63,724 bases of DNA from a bacterium CG10_46_32. Its GTDB lineage: Bacteria > Patescibacteriota > Patescibacteriia > UBA2169. How positions within the stretch are numbered: position 1 is the stretch's first letter; every line of letters begins with the position of its first letter. Below are positions 36,009 through 44,290 of this stretch, piece by piece. Both the position numbers and the translations under genes were made by a program. The notes under the pieces are model-generated. The model was not told the origin of the DNA. It saw nothing but the letters and a program-made list of their open reading frames with translations, and searched no databases. The stretch covers positions 1-63,724 of the forward strand of contig MOEI01000028.1 in assembly GCA_001889965.1 (NCBI GenBank), in the 5' to 3' direction.

Positions 36009-36037
36009 GGGACTGTATGTGCTACAGTCCCTTTTTA
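36008..36037 (+). terminator. Rho-independent terminator
   Basis: GGGACTGTA / TACAGTCCC stem, then TTTTT. Confidence 0.75.
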
Positions 36038-36087
36038 TTTGCCAAAATAAGGCAGGGGAGTAAAATAGTAGGGCTACACACAAACAC

Positions 36088-36181
36088 GTCATCCTGAATC
36101 CCGAAACCAGTTCGTGACAGGCCTTGTTTCAGGATCGACCTATAAAATTATATGAAGATGCTGAAATAAATTCAGCATGAC
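36088..36181. repeat. Two adjacent GTCAT-type palindromic repeat units upstream of rarA
   Basis: GTCATCCTGAATCCCGAAACC...GTTTCAGGATCGAC (36088..36139) and GATGCTGAAATAAATTCAGCATGAC (36157..36181). Confidence 0.7.
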
Positions 36182-36190
36182 GGTACTTAT

Positions 36191-37312
36191 ATGGAACCCC
36201 TCGCATCACAACTTAGGCCAAAGTCATTGGATGAATTCACAGGACAAGAGCATCTTGTGGGTTCGGGCAAGCCAATCCGGACTGCCATAGAACAAAAGCA
36301 CCTTTTCTCCTTTATCCTCTGGGGTCCGCCGGGGGTAGGAAAAACCACGCTCGCCAAAATCTACGCCAACGCCCTGCAAGCGGAACTTTTTGAATTGTCC
36401 GCCGTTTCCGCGGGCAAGGCAGACATCAAGACCATCATCGTCCACGAGACAGATAAACCAAAGGTGCTGTTCCTAGATGAAATCCATAGATTCAACAAAG
36501 CCCAGCAGGATTTTCTTTTGCCCTATGTTGAGAGCGGGGAATTAACGCTTATCGGCGCAACCACGGAAAATCCAAGTTTCGAAATCATTTCCGCATTACT
36601 TTCCCGATGCCGCGTCTTCGTTTTAAACGAGCTTACCAGCGATGATATGCTCGCCATCATCAACCGCACCTCATTCAACATGGATCAGGAGGCCAAGGAC
36701 TGGCTCATCGCCATGGCAAACGGAGATGCTAGAGCTGCCATCACTATGCTGGAGGCAACCTCATCACTCTACAAAGATATTACCTTGGAGAACCTCAAGC
36801 AGGCGCTCCAGTCCAAGCACCTGCGGTATGACAAAAAAGGGGAGGAGCATTACAATGTTATCAGCGCGTTTATTAAGAGCATGCGCGCGAGCCAGCCCGA
36901 TGCCGCCATCTACTACCTGGCGCGCATGGTGGACGCGGGCGAGGACCCGCTCTTTATTGCACGCAGGATGGTGGTGTTTGCGAGCGAGGATATTGGCCTG
37001 GCAGTGCCCACTGCCTTGGTGGTGGCGAATGCCGTGTTCCGCAGCTGCGAGACAATTGGCTATCCGGAGTGCGCCATTAACCTGGCTCATGGGGTAGCGT
37101 ATTTGTGCCAGTGCAAAAAAGACCGCTCTGCGTATGATGCCCTGCGTAGCGCGCAGGCGGACGTTAAAGATTTAGGCAATCTTCCGGTTCCTATGAATAT
37201 CCGCAACGCCCCAACAGGGTTGATGAAGGATTTGGGGTATGGGAAGGGTTATGAGAAGTATACTGATGAATCTTTTTTGCCGGAGGAGTTGAAGGGGAAG
37301 AAGTATTTTTAA
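36191..37312 (+). CDS. rarA: Replication-associated recombination protein A (AAA+ ATPase)
   Basis: LRPKSLDEFTGQEHLVGSGKPIR, WGPPGVGKTTLAKI, LFLDEIHRFNK and ATTENPSFE are RarA/MgsA motifs. Visibly more GC-rich than its surroundings. Confidence 0.93.
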   Translation: MEPLASQLRPKSLDEFTGQEHLVGSGKPIRTAIEQKHLFSFILWGPPGVGKTTLAKIYANALQAELFELSAVSAGKADIKTIIVHETDKPKVLFLDEIHRFNKAQQDFLLPYVESGELTLIGATTENPSFEIISALLSRCRVFVLNELTSDDMLAIINRTSFNMDQEAKDWLIAMANGDARAAITMLEATSSLYKDITLENLKQALQSKHLRYDKKGEEHYNVISAFIKSMRASQPDAAIYYLARMVDAGEDPLFIARRMVVFASEDIGLAVPTALVVANAVFRSCETIGYPECAINLAHGVAYLCQCKKDRSAYDALRSAQADVKDLGNLPVPMNIRNAPTGLMKDLGYGKGYEKYTDESFLPEELKGKKYF

Positions 37313-37322
37313 ATGGTCGGAT

Positions 37323-37352
37323 CGACCCGGCCGGTATTTTTTTGTAAAAAAA
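37323..37352 (+). terminator. Terminator after rarA
   Basis: GGTCGGATCGACC / CCGGCCGG palindromes, then TATTTTTTT. Confidence 0.55.
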
Positions 37353-37397
37353 GAACCCCTCCGCAGCATATGGTAGTCTGCGGAGGGGGTGGGCTGC
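37353..37397 (-). terminator. Rho-independent terminator for the minus-strand small ORF
   Basis: CCCCTCCGCAG / CTGCGGAGGGG 11-bp stem. On the minus strand it is followed by TTCTTTTTTT. Confidence 0.7.
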
Positions 37398-37428
37398 ATG
37401 GTGGCATGTGGTGTTCTTGTTGTTGTGG

Positions 37429-37611
37429 CTAGAACACCAACATCACGATCACTCCTCCGACAATGATCCCAATCCACGCTCCTACACGGAGATCATTCAC
37501 CGCCGGCGGCTCGCTGTACCACCACATTTTCACCGACGTTGGGACCCACTCATGTCCCACGAGCCATGTTACTGGCCTGCTGATGTGCACTTCCTCACGG
37601 TTGGAGCTCAT
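37429..37611 (-). CDS. Possible small protein with C-terminal TM helix
   Basis: 60-aa ORF ending AWIGIIVGGVIVMLVF, with its own minus-strand terminator downstream. It lies in a GC-rich region, so a chance ORF cannot be excluded. Confidence 0.4.
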   Translation of the reverse strand: MSSNREEVHISRPVTWLVGHEWVPTSVKMWWYSEPPAVNDLRVGAWIGIIVGGVIVMLVF

Positions 37612-37836
37612 AGGATCACTACTTTTCGTTGTGGATGGTAGGTGAAAAATGTCGAATGAAGATACGTACGTGTTAGGCAGCCCCCTTAGCCTGCATGTGA
37701 GTAGTTGTTTGTTGTTGGCAGAATATCATGCTGTTTTATATTTATCAATGTATGACAAACAAATCAACCCCGCCCCCTCGCGAGGATCAAGGCAGGCTCG
37801 TCTCTCCGGCAGACAAGCGGCGGAGTATTTTTTGGT

Positions 37837-37865
37837 TTGACGAGCTGCACCTACTTTGTTATAAT
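37837..37865 (+). promoter_or_regulatory. Candidate sigma70 promoter of the abrB/doc operon with tandem TTATAATAT repeats downstream
   Basis: TTGACG-17 nt-TATAAT. The -10 is part of a direct repeat, TTATAATATCATTATAATAT, that could be the antitoxin operator. Confidence 0.5.
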
Positions 37866-37891
37866 ATCATTATAATATTTATTATTCTCGT

Positions 37892-38125
37892 ATGGTACAG
37901 AAAGTTATCAAAGTCGGCAGCTCTGCCGGCATCACCCTATCCAAACAAGCCACTCGCGACTTGGGTTTGCGTGTTGGGGACAGCGTGCGTACCACCATTG
38001 ACGCAAAACGCGGGCGTTTGTACGTGGAACCGGCGAATGCCGCGGTTTCCGAAGAAACGCTGGACTGGACCAAGAAGTTTATAGACCGCTACCGCCCGGC
38101 CCTTGAAGCGCTCGCTAAAAAATAG
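37892..38125 (+). CDS. AbrB/MazE/SpoVT-family antitoxin
   Basis: MVQKVIKVGSSAGITLSKQATRDLGLRVGDSV is a swapped-hairpin AbrB-type N-terminus. 77 aa, ending 3 nt before doc. Confidence 0.88.
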   Translation: MVQKVIKVGSSAGITLSKQATRDLGLRVGDSVRTTIDAKRGRLYVEPANAAVSEETLDWTKKFIDRYRPALEALAKK

Positions 38126-38128
38126 GGT

Positions 38129-38518
38129 ATGGAGTATTTGAGCGGGGAGGACATTTTGGTCATGCACTCGGAGATTGTTGACGCGACCGGCGGGACACAT
38201 GGGATTCGGGACACCGAGCTTTTTATTTCCATTATTGAGCGGCCTAAAGCGAGCTTCGGGGGCACAGAGATGCATGCGACTGTGTTTGCAAAAGCTGCAG
38301 TGTATCTGGAATCATTGGCGCAGTATCATGTATTCATTGACGGCAACAAGCGCACTGCATTGGCCGCTAGTGCGCGGTTTTTGTTTGTGAACGGATACGA
38401 TCTCACTGCTTCCAATACGGAAGTTGAAGTGTTTGTGCTGCGTACGGTAGAGGAGAAGCTTGGTCTGGAAGAAATCGCAGATTGGTTTGAATCAAACGTC
38501 AAACGTATAAATAGCTAG
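38129..38518 (+). CDS. Fic/Doc-family toxin (death-on-curing type)
   Basis: 129 aa. HVFIDGNKRTALA matches the Doc/Fic motif HxFx(D/N)GNKR. Confidence 0.9.
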   Translation: MEYLSGEDILVMHSEIVDATGGTHGIRDTELFISIIERPKASFGGTEMHATVFAKAAVYLESLAQYHVFIDGNKRTALAASARFLFVNGYDLTASNTEVEVFVLRTVEEKLGLEEIADWFESNVKRINS

Positions 38519-38537
38519 TACCGGTCCTAGCTATTTA

Positions 38538-38573
38538 GTGCAACCTTTCCATCGCCACTGCGTTATAGTATAA
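38538..38573 (+). promoter_or_regulatory. Candidate ECF-type (AAC-16 nt-CGT) promoter overlapping a TATAAT box
   Basis: GTGCAAC-CTTTCCATCGCCACTG-CGTTA, followed by TAGTATAAT, about 30 nt upstream of the ECF sigma ATG. Confidence 0.35.
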
Positions 38574-38601
38574 TTGGGGGCGCTTTACGATATGCATAAC
38601 T

Positions 38602-39228
38602 ATGGAATTATCCGAACAAAAACAACTCATTCAGCGTGCCAAAAAAGATCCCCAAGCATTTGGGGTTATTTTTGAGGAGTACTACGAACCTATCTTTGGA
38701 TACGTGTTAAAGCGCACCGGAAACGTGCACAGCGCTCAGGATATTACATCTGAAACGTTTTTTAAGGCCCTGGATAGGCTATGGCAGTTTAAGTGGCGCA
38801 GCATCTCCATATCATCCTGGCTGTACCGCATTGCCACCAACGAAATCAATCAATACTTCCGTAGGCAGAAAAAGAGCACCTATTCTTTGGAGGCCATGCT
38901 TGAGCAAAGTGGCATAGAGCTCAAAGATGAGTATGATTTGATGCAGGAAATTTTAGATCAGGAAAAAGAATTGGAACAGGCGCGGGAGTGGACCAAAGCG
39001 CGGAAGATTTTGGTTGGGCTTCCGGAAAAGTACCAGGAAGTTTTGTCATTGCGGTATTTTGAAGATAAAAAGATTGCGGAAATCGCGTCCATCCTCGGTA
39101 AGCGTGAGGGCACTGTCAAATCACTCATATCCCGCGGGACTGCAATGCTGCGCAAGGGAATGCAACCAAATCAAGAGAGCCGCGTTGTAGGTATAGAGAC
39201 GATTAGTCCCGCCTCAAAAAAACACTAA
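38602..39228 (+). CDS. ECF (group 4) RNA polymerase sigma factor
   Basis: Region 2 (PIFGYVLKRTGNVHSAQDITSETFFKAL...WLYRIATN) and region 4 (LPEKYQEVLSLRYFEDKKIAEIASILGKREGTVKSLISRG). Confidence 0.92.
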   Translation: MELSEQKQLIQRAKKDPQAFGVIFEEYYEPIFGYVLKRTGNVHSAQDITSETFFKALDRLWQFKWRSISISSWLYRIATNEINQYFRRQKKSTYSLEAMLEQSGIELKDEYDLMQEILDQEKELEQAREWTKARKILVGLPEKYQEVLSLRYFEDKKIAEIASILGKREGTVKSLISRGTAMLRKGMQPNQESRVVGIETISPASKKH

Positions 39229-39232
39229 ACAT

Positions 39233-40072
39233 ATGAACCACGAGCAACATCCATTCAAAAATATTACCGTTCCAACGGTATCGCGCATGGCGAGCCATAG
39301 GCGCAGGCTTAAGGTTGCCTTGCTCACCGCACATGAAAGGCGCTCTGGGGTTCAGGCGTTTGGTCGCATTATTAACGATTTTATAAAACCTATGTCTTTA
39401 GGAAAAAAGAGTACCGCACTGGCCACGGTGGCAGTGTTCGGTCTTGTCGTGACTGCCGGCGTGTTCGGGCCAAGCGCGTCCGAAGTTGCGCAGGCTGAAG
39501 CAACCAACACCGTAAAACGCGCATTTGCGCATTTTGTTAACCTCTCGGATGAGGAAAAAACTAGTCTGGATCAAAAGTTTCAGGGTCAAGTCCACTTTAA
39601 GGAAGCCGGGGAAATGATGTTCCACGGCATGGACGAAATTTCGGTTGAAGAGCGCGAGGCAAAGCACGCTGAGATGAAAGCGTCTTTGGCTGATTCTTTG
39701 GTAGAGGCGCAGGCAGCTGCTGATTTGGAAGTTATAAGCAGTGATGAAATGCCCCTTGGTGGATTCTGGGGCAAAGCTGGCCGTGCGTTCGGCATGAAAA
39801 TGATGCGCAAGACACCGAAGGATATTGCAAACCTTCCAGAAGAGATTCAGTCCAAGATCAAGGAGCACGAAGATCTGCGCGCAGAGATGGCGCCCGCAAA
39901 GTTTCTCCGCTATACCAATAGCTCCGGCAAACAAGTAACGCTCGGCTTAAATGCGAACGACGAGCCCATGATGAAATTTGTGGAAGGCGAGCTTCCGTTT
40001 TCTGGCGGGCCGGAAGGCATGATGCGTGGCCATGGCGGCCCAAAGGGATGGTTTGAGAAAAGGGTTCAGTAA
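39233..40072 (+). CDS. Single-pass membrane protein, putative anti-sigma factor
   Basis: Starts 5 nt after the sigma gene. ~60-aa cytoplasmic segment, TM helix ALATVAVFGLVVTAGVF, then a charged extracytoplasmic domain. The function is inferred from position only. Confidence 0.6.
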   Translation: MNHEQHPFKNITVPTVSRMASHRRRLKVALLTAHERRSGVQAFGRIINDFIKPMSLGKKSTALATVAVFGLVVTAGVFGPSASEVAQAEATNTVKRAFAHFVNLSDEEKTSLDQKFQGQVHFKEAGEMMFHGMDEISVEEREAKHAEMKASLADSLVEAQAAADLEVISSDEMPLGGFWGKAGRAFGMKMMRKTPKDIANLPEEIQSKIKEHEDLRAEMAPAKFLRYTNSSGKQVTLGLNANDEPMMKFVEGELPFSGGPEGMMRGHGGPKGWFEKRVQ

Positions 40073-40084
40073 TGTAGTACATCC

Positions 40085-40117
40085 AAAAGCGGCCCTTTGA
40101 AATGAGGGTCGCTTTTT
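40085..40117 (+). terminator. Rho-independent terminator
   Basis: GCGGCCCT / AGGGTCGC stem, then TTTTT. Confidence 0.75.
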
Positions 40118-40132
40118 GGTATACTGAGGTAT

Positions 40133-40333
40133 ATGGAAGGCGAACTATCATTTGAACATATGCAACAGGAGCAGACACGTGAGCGCATTGCCCAATTTAA
40201 GGAGCAAGGGCTTGCTCCTATGGATGCGGCTCGGCTCGCGGAATTGATGCATGCGCAAGAGCATACTGCATTGAGCCAAAAGGAAGAAGCAGAGCGCACC
40301 GCGCTTATGGAAAAGTTCAAGCCGCAAGAATAG
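40133..40333 (+). CDS. Small acidic/Gln-rich helical protein, unknown function
   Basis: 66 aa. TGGTATACT extended -10-like box and a GAGG SD upstream. Terminators on both sides. Confidence 0.55.
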   Translation: MEGELSFEHMQQEQTRERIAQFKEQGLAPMDAARLAELMHAQEHTALSQKEEAERTALMEKFKPQE

Positions 40334-40340
40334 TGTATTT

Positions 40341-40371
40341 AAAAACCCCACAGATTTCTGCGGGGTTTTTT
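40341..40371 (+). terminator. Rho-independent terminator
   Basis: AAAACCCCACAG-ATTT-CTGCGGGGTTTTTT. Confidence 0.8.
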
Positions 40372-40402
40372 GTGAGTGCATAAACATGGTACAATTGAAT
40401 AT

Positions 40403-41812
40403 ATGAAAATCACCTTCCATGGGGCCGCGCAAAATGTAACCGGATCCAAGCATCTTATAGAGACTGAAGACGGATTTAGGCTGCTTTTGGATTGTGGATT
40501 TTTTCAGGGTCACCGTAAAGAGGCCGAGATTTTGAACCGGAATTTTCCCATGGATGCAAAATCCATTGACGCGGTGATCCTTTCGCACGCGCATTTGGAC
40601 CACTGTGGCCTACTGCCGCTGTTAGTAAAAGAAGGATATACGGGTTCCATTTACGCGACTCCTGCAACCATGGATGTGGCTGCGGCAATGCTTGCAGATG
40701 CAACACATATACAGGAATCTGATGCTGAGTATCTTAACCGCCATTTGCAGAAGAACCAAGTGCATATCGCGCCTTTATACAACGAAGCTGACTGCAAGGC
40801 AACTATTGATCGGTTTGTGGGAGTGCAGTATAGCCGTTTAGGCGGGGGGTGGACGAAGTTGTCTGATTCAGTGCGGTTTAAATTCTATGATGCAGGGCAC
40901 ATCCTTGGCTCAGCAGTCATCTTAGTCGAGATTAAAGAATCAGGCAAAACAAAAACTATCGCGTTTACTGGAGATTTAGGTCGTACAAACGCGCCTATTC
41001 TATGGGATCCAGAGCCTATTGTTGAGAACGTGGATATATTATTATCCGAGGCAACCTATGGAGATCGTTTGCACGAGCCTCCGGCGGAAACCGAACGACT
41101 GGTGCGCGAAATTATTGAACGTGCCATAAAGCACCGAGCAAAAATTATCGTGCCCGCGTTTGCATTAGGAAGAACCCAGGAGCTTATCTATGTGCTACAT
41201 AAGCTTTTCCATACACAAGGGTTTCCAAAAATTCCCGTGTATCTAGATAGCCCACTTGCAAGTCACGTAACTGACATATTTAAAAAGCATCGCAATGTGT
41301 TTGATAATCAAACCTGGAAAGATTTTAATGCGTCGCACGATTTGCCATTAATGTTTGAGGATCTCATCTACACGCGTACCACCGAGGAATCAAAGGCGCT
41401 AAACGAGATGCACGGGCCTTTGATGGTCATATCCGCAAGCGGCATGATGGAAGCTGGCCGTATTTTGCACCACCTTAAAAACGGCATAGAAAATCCAAAC
41501 AACACCATTCTTATTACAGGATACCAAGCCGAAAACACGCTAGGCCGCAGGATTCAAGATGGCGTTTCGTTGGTGCGAATTTTTAACCGAAAATATCACG
41601 TAAAAGCGCGCGTAGTTTCTGCGCACTCATTGTCTGCACATGCGGACCAGGTTGAGTTGCTAGAATATATTGGCGCAGCCAAGGGTCTTTCAACATTATT
41701 TCTTGTGCATGGCGAAGAGCAAACCATGCAAACCTTTGCCAGCCTTGTTAGGTCAAAATTTTCCACTATTTCTGTAGGTATACCGAAGCGCGGAGACGTG
41801 GTTGAAATCTAG
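40403..41812 (+). CDS. MBL-fold beta-CASP ribonuclease (RNase J/CPSF-like)
   Basis: MKITFHGAAQNVTGS, ILSHAHLDHCG metallo-beta-lactamase motif, and C-terminal SAHAD (beta-CASP motif C region). Confidence 0.88.
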   Translation: MKITFHGAAQNVTGSKHLIETEDGFRLLLDCGFFQGHRKEAEILNRNFPMDAKSIDAVILSHAHLDHCGLLPLLVKEGYTGSIYATPATMDVAAAMLADATHIQESDAEYLNRHLQKNQVHIAPLYNEADCKATIDRFVGVQYSRLGGGWTKLSDSVRFKFYDAGHILGSAVILVEIKESGKTKTIAFTGDLGRTNAPILWDPEPIVENVDILLSEATYGDRLHEPPAETERLVREIIERAIKHRAKIIVPAFALGRTQELIYVLHKLFHTQGFPKIPVYLDSPLASHVTDIFKKHRNVFDNQTWKDFNASHDLPLMFEDLIYTRTTEESKALNEMHGPLMVISASGMMEAGRILHHLKNGIENPNNTILITGYQAENTLGRRIQDGVSLVRIFNRKYHVKARVVSAHSLSAHADQVELLEYIGAAKGLSTLFLVHGEEQTMQTFASLVRSKFSTISVGIPKRGDVVEI

Positions 41813-41838
41813 GGCGCGGTGTGGTATAGTGCCTTCTT

Positions 41839-42513
41839 GTGATTATTAGCCACCGAGGTTACGCCAAAAAGCATCCCGAGAACAGTTTTGAGGCATTTAA
41901 TGCCGCTTTTGATGCTGGTGCCGATGCCATAGAAACCGATGTCCGCATTGCCGAAGACAACAAGATAGTAGTATCACATGATCCAGTTAAAAGTTCAAAA
42001 GGCCTTCCAAGTTTGGATGATCTTTTTGCATACATCAAAGAAAAAGACGCGCATTTCTTTTTGGAACTTAAAAGCCCGAGCCCGGATCTTCTTGGAAATG
42101 TTTTAAAAAAAATTAACCGCATCAACGCGTGGGAGCGCGTGCATCTTATTGGGTTTGCCAAGAATCTTAAAACTGCGGTTCGCTCACAAAAAGATTTTCC
42201 TAATCTTTTAGTGGATCAGATTTTACAATTTCCATTATGGTCGCACCTGAAAAAACCGAAACAAAGCAATGCCGTATACATTGGCTGGTTGGATGGGGTT
42301 GCGGGAAGTGAAATTTTTTTTAAGCAATGTGTTTCGCGGGCGCGTTTATCCAGGCTTAGGCAGTATTTTGAAGGCCATGGATTTGGGGTATATGGCGGCG
42401 TCGTAAACCGGGAGGAGGGTATGAGGTACTTTCAAAGTGCGGGAATCAATGATATATTTACAGATGAAGTAGAAACAGCAATAATATGCCTCAAGCAACA
42501 GCAACAATTTTAG
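41839..42513 (+). CDS. Glycerophosphodiester phosphodiesterase
   Basis: IISHRGYAKKHPENSFEAFNAAFDAGADAIETDVR is the GDPD signature. GTG start. Confidence 0.88.
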   Translation: MIISHRGYAKKHPENSFEAFNAAFDAGADAIETDVRIAEDNKIVVSHDPVKSSKGLPSLDDLFAYIKEKDAHFFLELKSPSPDLLGNVLKKINRINAWERVHLIGFAKNLKTAVRSQKDFPNLLVDQILQFPLWSHLKKPKQSNAVYIGWLDGVAGSEIFFKQCVSRARLSRLRQYFEGHGFGVYGGVVNREEGMRYFQSAGINDIFTDEVETAIICLKQQQQF

Positions 42514-43481
42514 GCGCCGGAGCCATGGGAACAGCACTTGCGACCGTGCTTGCTAAAAACAAGTACAAGGTCACGCTTTGGGATGTGGAAAAAGAGGTGG
42601 TCCAAGGCATTGCGAGATTTCATAAAAATCCACGCTCTCTTTCCAATTTAACACTTGATACTTCAATCAAATCCGAAGCAGATATTATAAAAGCGGTTTC
42701 CAGCCGCGATTTAGTAGTGATTGCCGTGGCGAGCGGCGCGGTGCGCGAGGTAGCTACCCAGATTTCCACTGTACTCAGTCGCAATTGCGTTGTGGCATGC
42801 GTTTCAAAAGGGCTTGAACCTCAGACATTTAAAACCATGCATGAGGTGATTTTAGAACAACTTGGTTCAGGCTTCCGGTACCAAATAGTTATGCTTTCTG
42901 GGCCCACCTTTGCGAACGAAATCGCAGAAAAAAAACCAACCGCAGCCATGCTTGCTTCTGAACGGAGCAATGAATATTCAAAACGGGTTATTTCCGCTTT
43001 TTCCAATGACTGGTTCCGGATTTACGAAACCAGGGATATTGTCGGCGTTTCGCTCTGCGGAGTTGCAAAAAACGCGCTTGCCGTGGGATCCGGCATTATG
43101 AAAGGATTGGATTATGGATTTAACACCTACTCCTGGATACTGACTGACGCGTTCCGGGAATTTTCGCGCCTTATTTGGAAGCTTGGCGGAGCTGAGCAGA
43201 CAATGTATGGCTTGGCTGGATTTGGAGATACCATTGGAACCTGTTTTTCCGAGGCAAGCCGCAACCGAACATTTGGCGAGCTTTTAGGAAAAGGAAAAAC
43301 AATTTCTGCCGCCATTGCAGAAGTTGGGGAAACTGTGGAAGGCATAGGCGCCATCGAAGCAATGCATCGCCTTGCACTTAAAGAGCGCTTAAAGCTTCCT
43401 ATTTTGGAAGCCTTGAATGAGATTGTGACAAATCGAAAAAAAGCAGACAAGGTGTTTGGAGAACTCATTCGGAATTTATAA
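42486..43481 (+). CDS. gpsA: NAD(P)H-dependent glycerol-3-phosphate dehydrogenase
   Basis: ILGAGAMGTALA Rossmann motif, LSGPTFANE and GVAKNALAVGSG motifs. Confidence 0.92.
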   Translation: MPQATATILGAGAMGTALATVLAKNKYKVTLWDVEKEVVQGIARFHKNPRSLSNLTLDTSIKSEADIIKAVSSRDLVVIAVASGAVREVATQISTVLSRNCVVACVSKGLEPQTFKTMHEVILEQLGSGFRYQIVMLSGPTFANEIAEKKPTAAMLASERSNEYSKRVISAFSNDWFRIYETRDIVGVSLCGVAKNALAVGSGIMKGLDYGFNTYSWILTDAFREFSRLIWKLGGAEQTMYGLAGFGDTIGTCFSEASRNRTFGELLGKGKTISAAIAEVGETVEGIGAIEAMHRLALKERLKLPILEALNEIVTNRKKADKVFGELIRNL

Positions 43482-43489
43482 AAAAAGAA

Positions 43490-43516
43490 GGCCTGCCTGT
43501 AGTAGATAGGCAGACC
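43490..43516. terminator. Hairpin between convergent gpsA and the small minus-strand ORF
   Basis: GGCCTGCCT / AGGCAGACC stem. An A-tract upstream gives a T-tract on the minus strand. Confidence 0.55.
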
Positions 43517-43546
43517 CTCGGTTGTGTTTTTTTGTGAATCACGGAT

Positions 43547-43645
43547 CTAGTTCGCGAAGTAGTTGATGTAGATCGCGAACAGGCCGAGAACTGTACATGC
43601 CCCTACAACGATCCATGTGCCGGCATTTGAGTTTTTGTGCGACAT
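43547..43645 (-). CDS. 32-aa hydrophobic peptide (below the ORF-track cutoff)
   Basis: The minus strand has AAGAGGAGGTGCGCA-ATG, a strong SD. Encodes MSHKNSNAGTWIVVGACTVLGLFAIYINYFAN. Hairpin plus T-tract downstream. Confidence 0.6.
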   Translation of the reverse strand: MSHKNSNAGTWIVVGACTVLGLFAIYINYFAN

Positions 43646-43818
43646 TGCGCACCTCCTCTTGGTTGACAGGAAAAGAACTTTGCTTATTCTGCAACTCCTC
43701 CTTTTGGTTTCTGGTTTAAGCTAGGAATTGTAGCAAATAAATCATTTTTTTTCAAGATCAACTTTTATGAGGTTGTTTTTAATTTTTCTTTTATGAGGAA
43801 GTAGTATAGAATAGAGGC

Positions 43819-44265
43819 ATGAAAGCAATTTTACAGCGTGTCACAGCATCATCTGTTTCTATTGATGGAAACGTCATAGGAGAAATCGGCCGCGGCCTCA
43901 ATGTCCTTTTGGGAATTGGGCAAGATGATGACGAATCAATGGTTCCAAAATTTACCGAGAAGATCGTCAACCTCCGCATCTTTCAAGACGAAGAAGGCAA
44001 AATGAACCGTTCGCTTTTGGATATCAAAGGCGAGGTTTTGCTTATTTCGCAATTTACGCTCTATGGGGATTGCAAAAAAGGCAGGCGTCCAAGTTTTATA
44101 AAAGCCGCGGATCCGGAAAAAGGCAGGGTGCTGTATCAAAAAGTTATTGACGCTATCCAATCATATGGCATCATTATTACAACCGGAGAATTTGGAGGGT
44201 ACATGGATGTTGCAATCCAGAACGATGGGCCAACCACCATTATTTTGGACTCAAACGAGATTTAA
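43819..44265 (+). CDS. dtd: D-aminoacyl-tRNA deacylase
   Basis: MKAILQRVTASSVSIDG...GRGLNVLLGIGQDD and SQFTLYGD motifs. 148 aa. Confidence 0.93.
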   Translation: MKAILQRVTASSVSIDGNVIGEIGRGLNVLLGIGQDDDESMVPKFTEKIVNLRIFQDEEGKMNRSLLDIKGEVLLISQFTLYGDCKKGRRPSFIKAADPEKGRVLYQKVIDAIQSYGIIITTGEFGGYMDVAIQNDGPTTIILDSNEI

Positions 44266-44290
44266 TGGTATGCTGTGTTTGTGTTGTGGA

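Noticed and set aside
35702-36092. Minus-strand ORFs of 93 and 113 aa, and the plus/minus ORFs at 36642..37097 inside rarA
   Set aside because: They occur only in the GC-rich patch, where stop codons are rare in all frames. They overlap the sigma-like fragment and rarA and have no recognisable motifs.
34159-40372. tRNA-Gln-anchored genomic island
   Set aside because: There is no integrase, and I found no direct repeat of the tRNA 3' end downstream. Only the compositional anomaly is retained as a finding.
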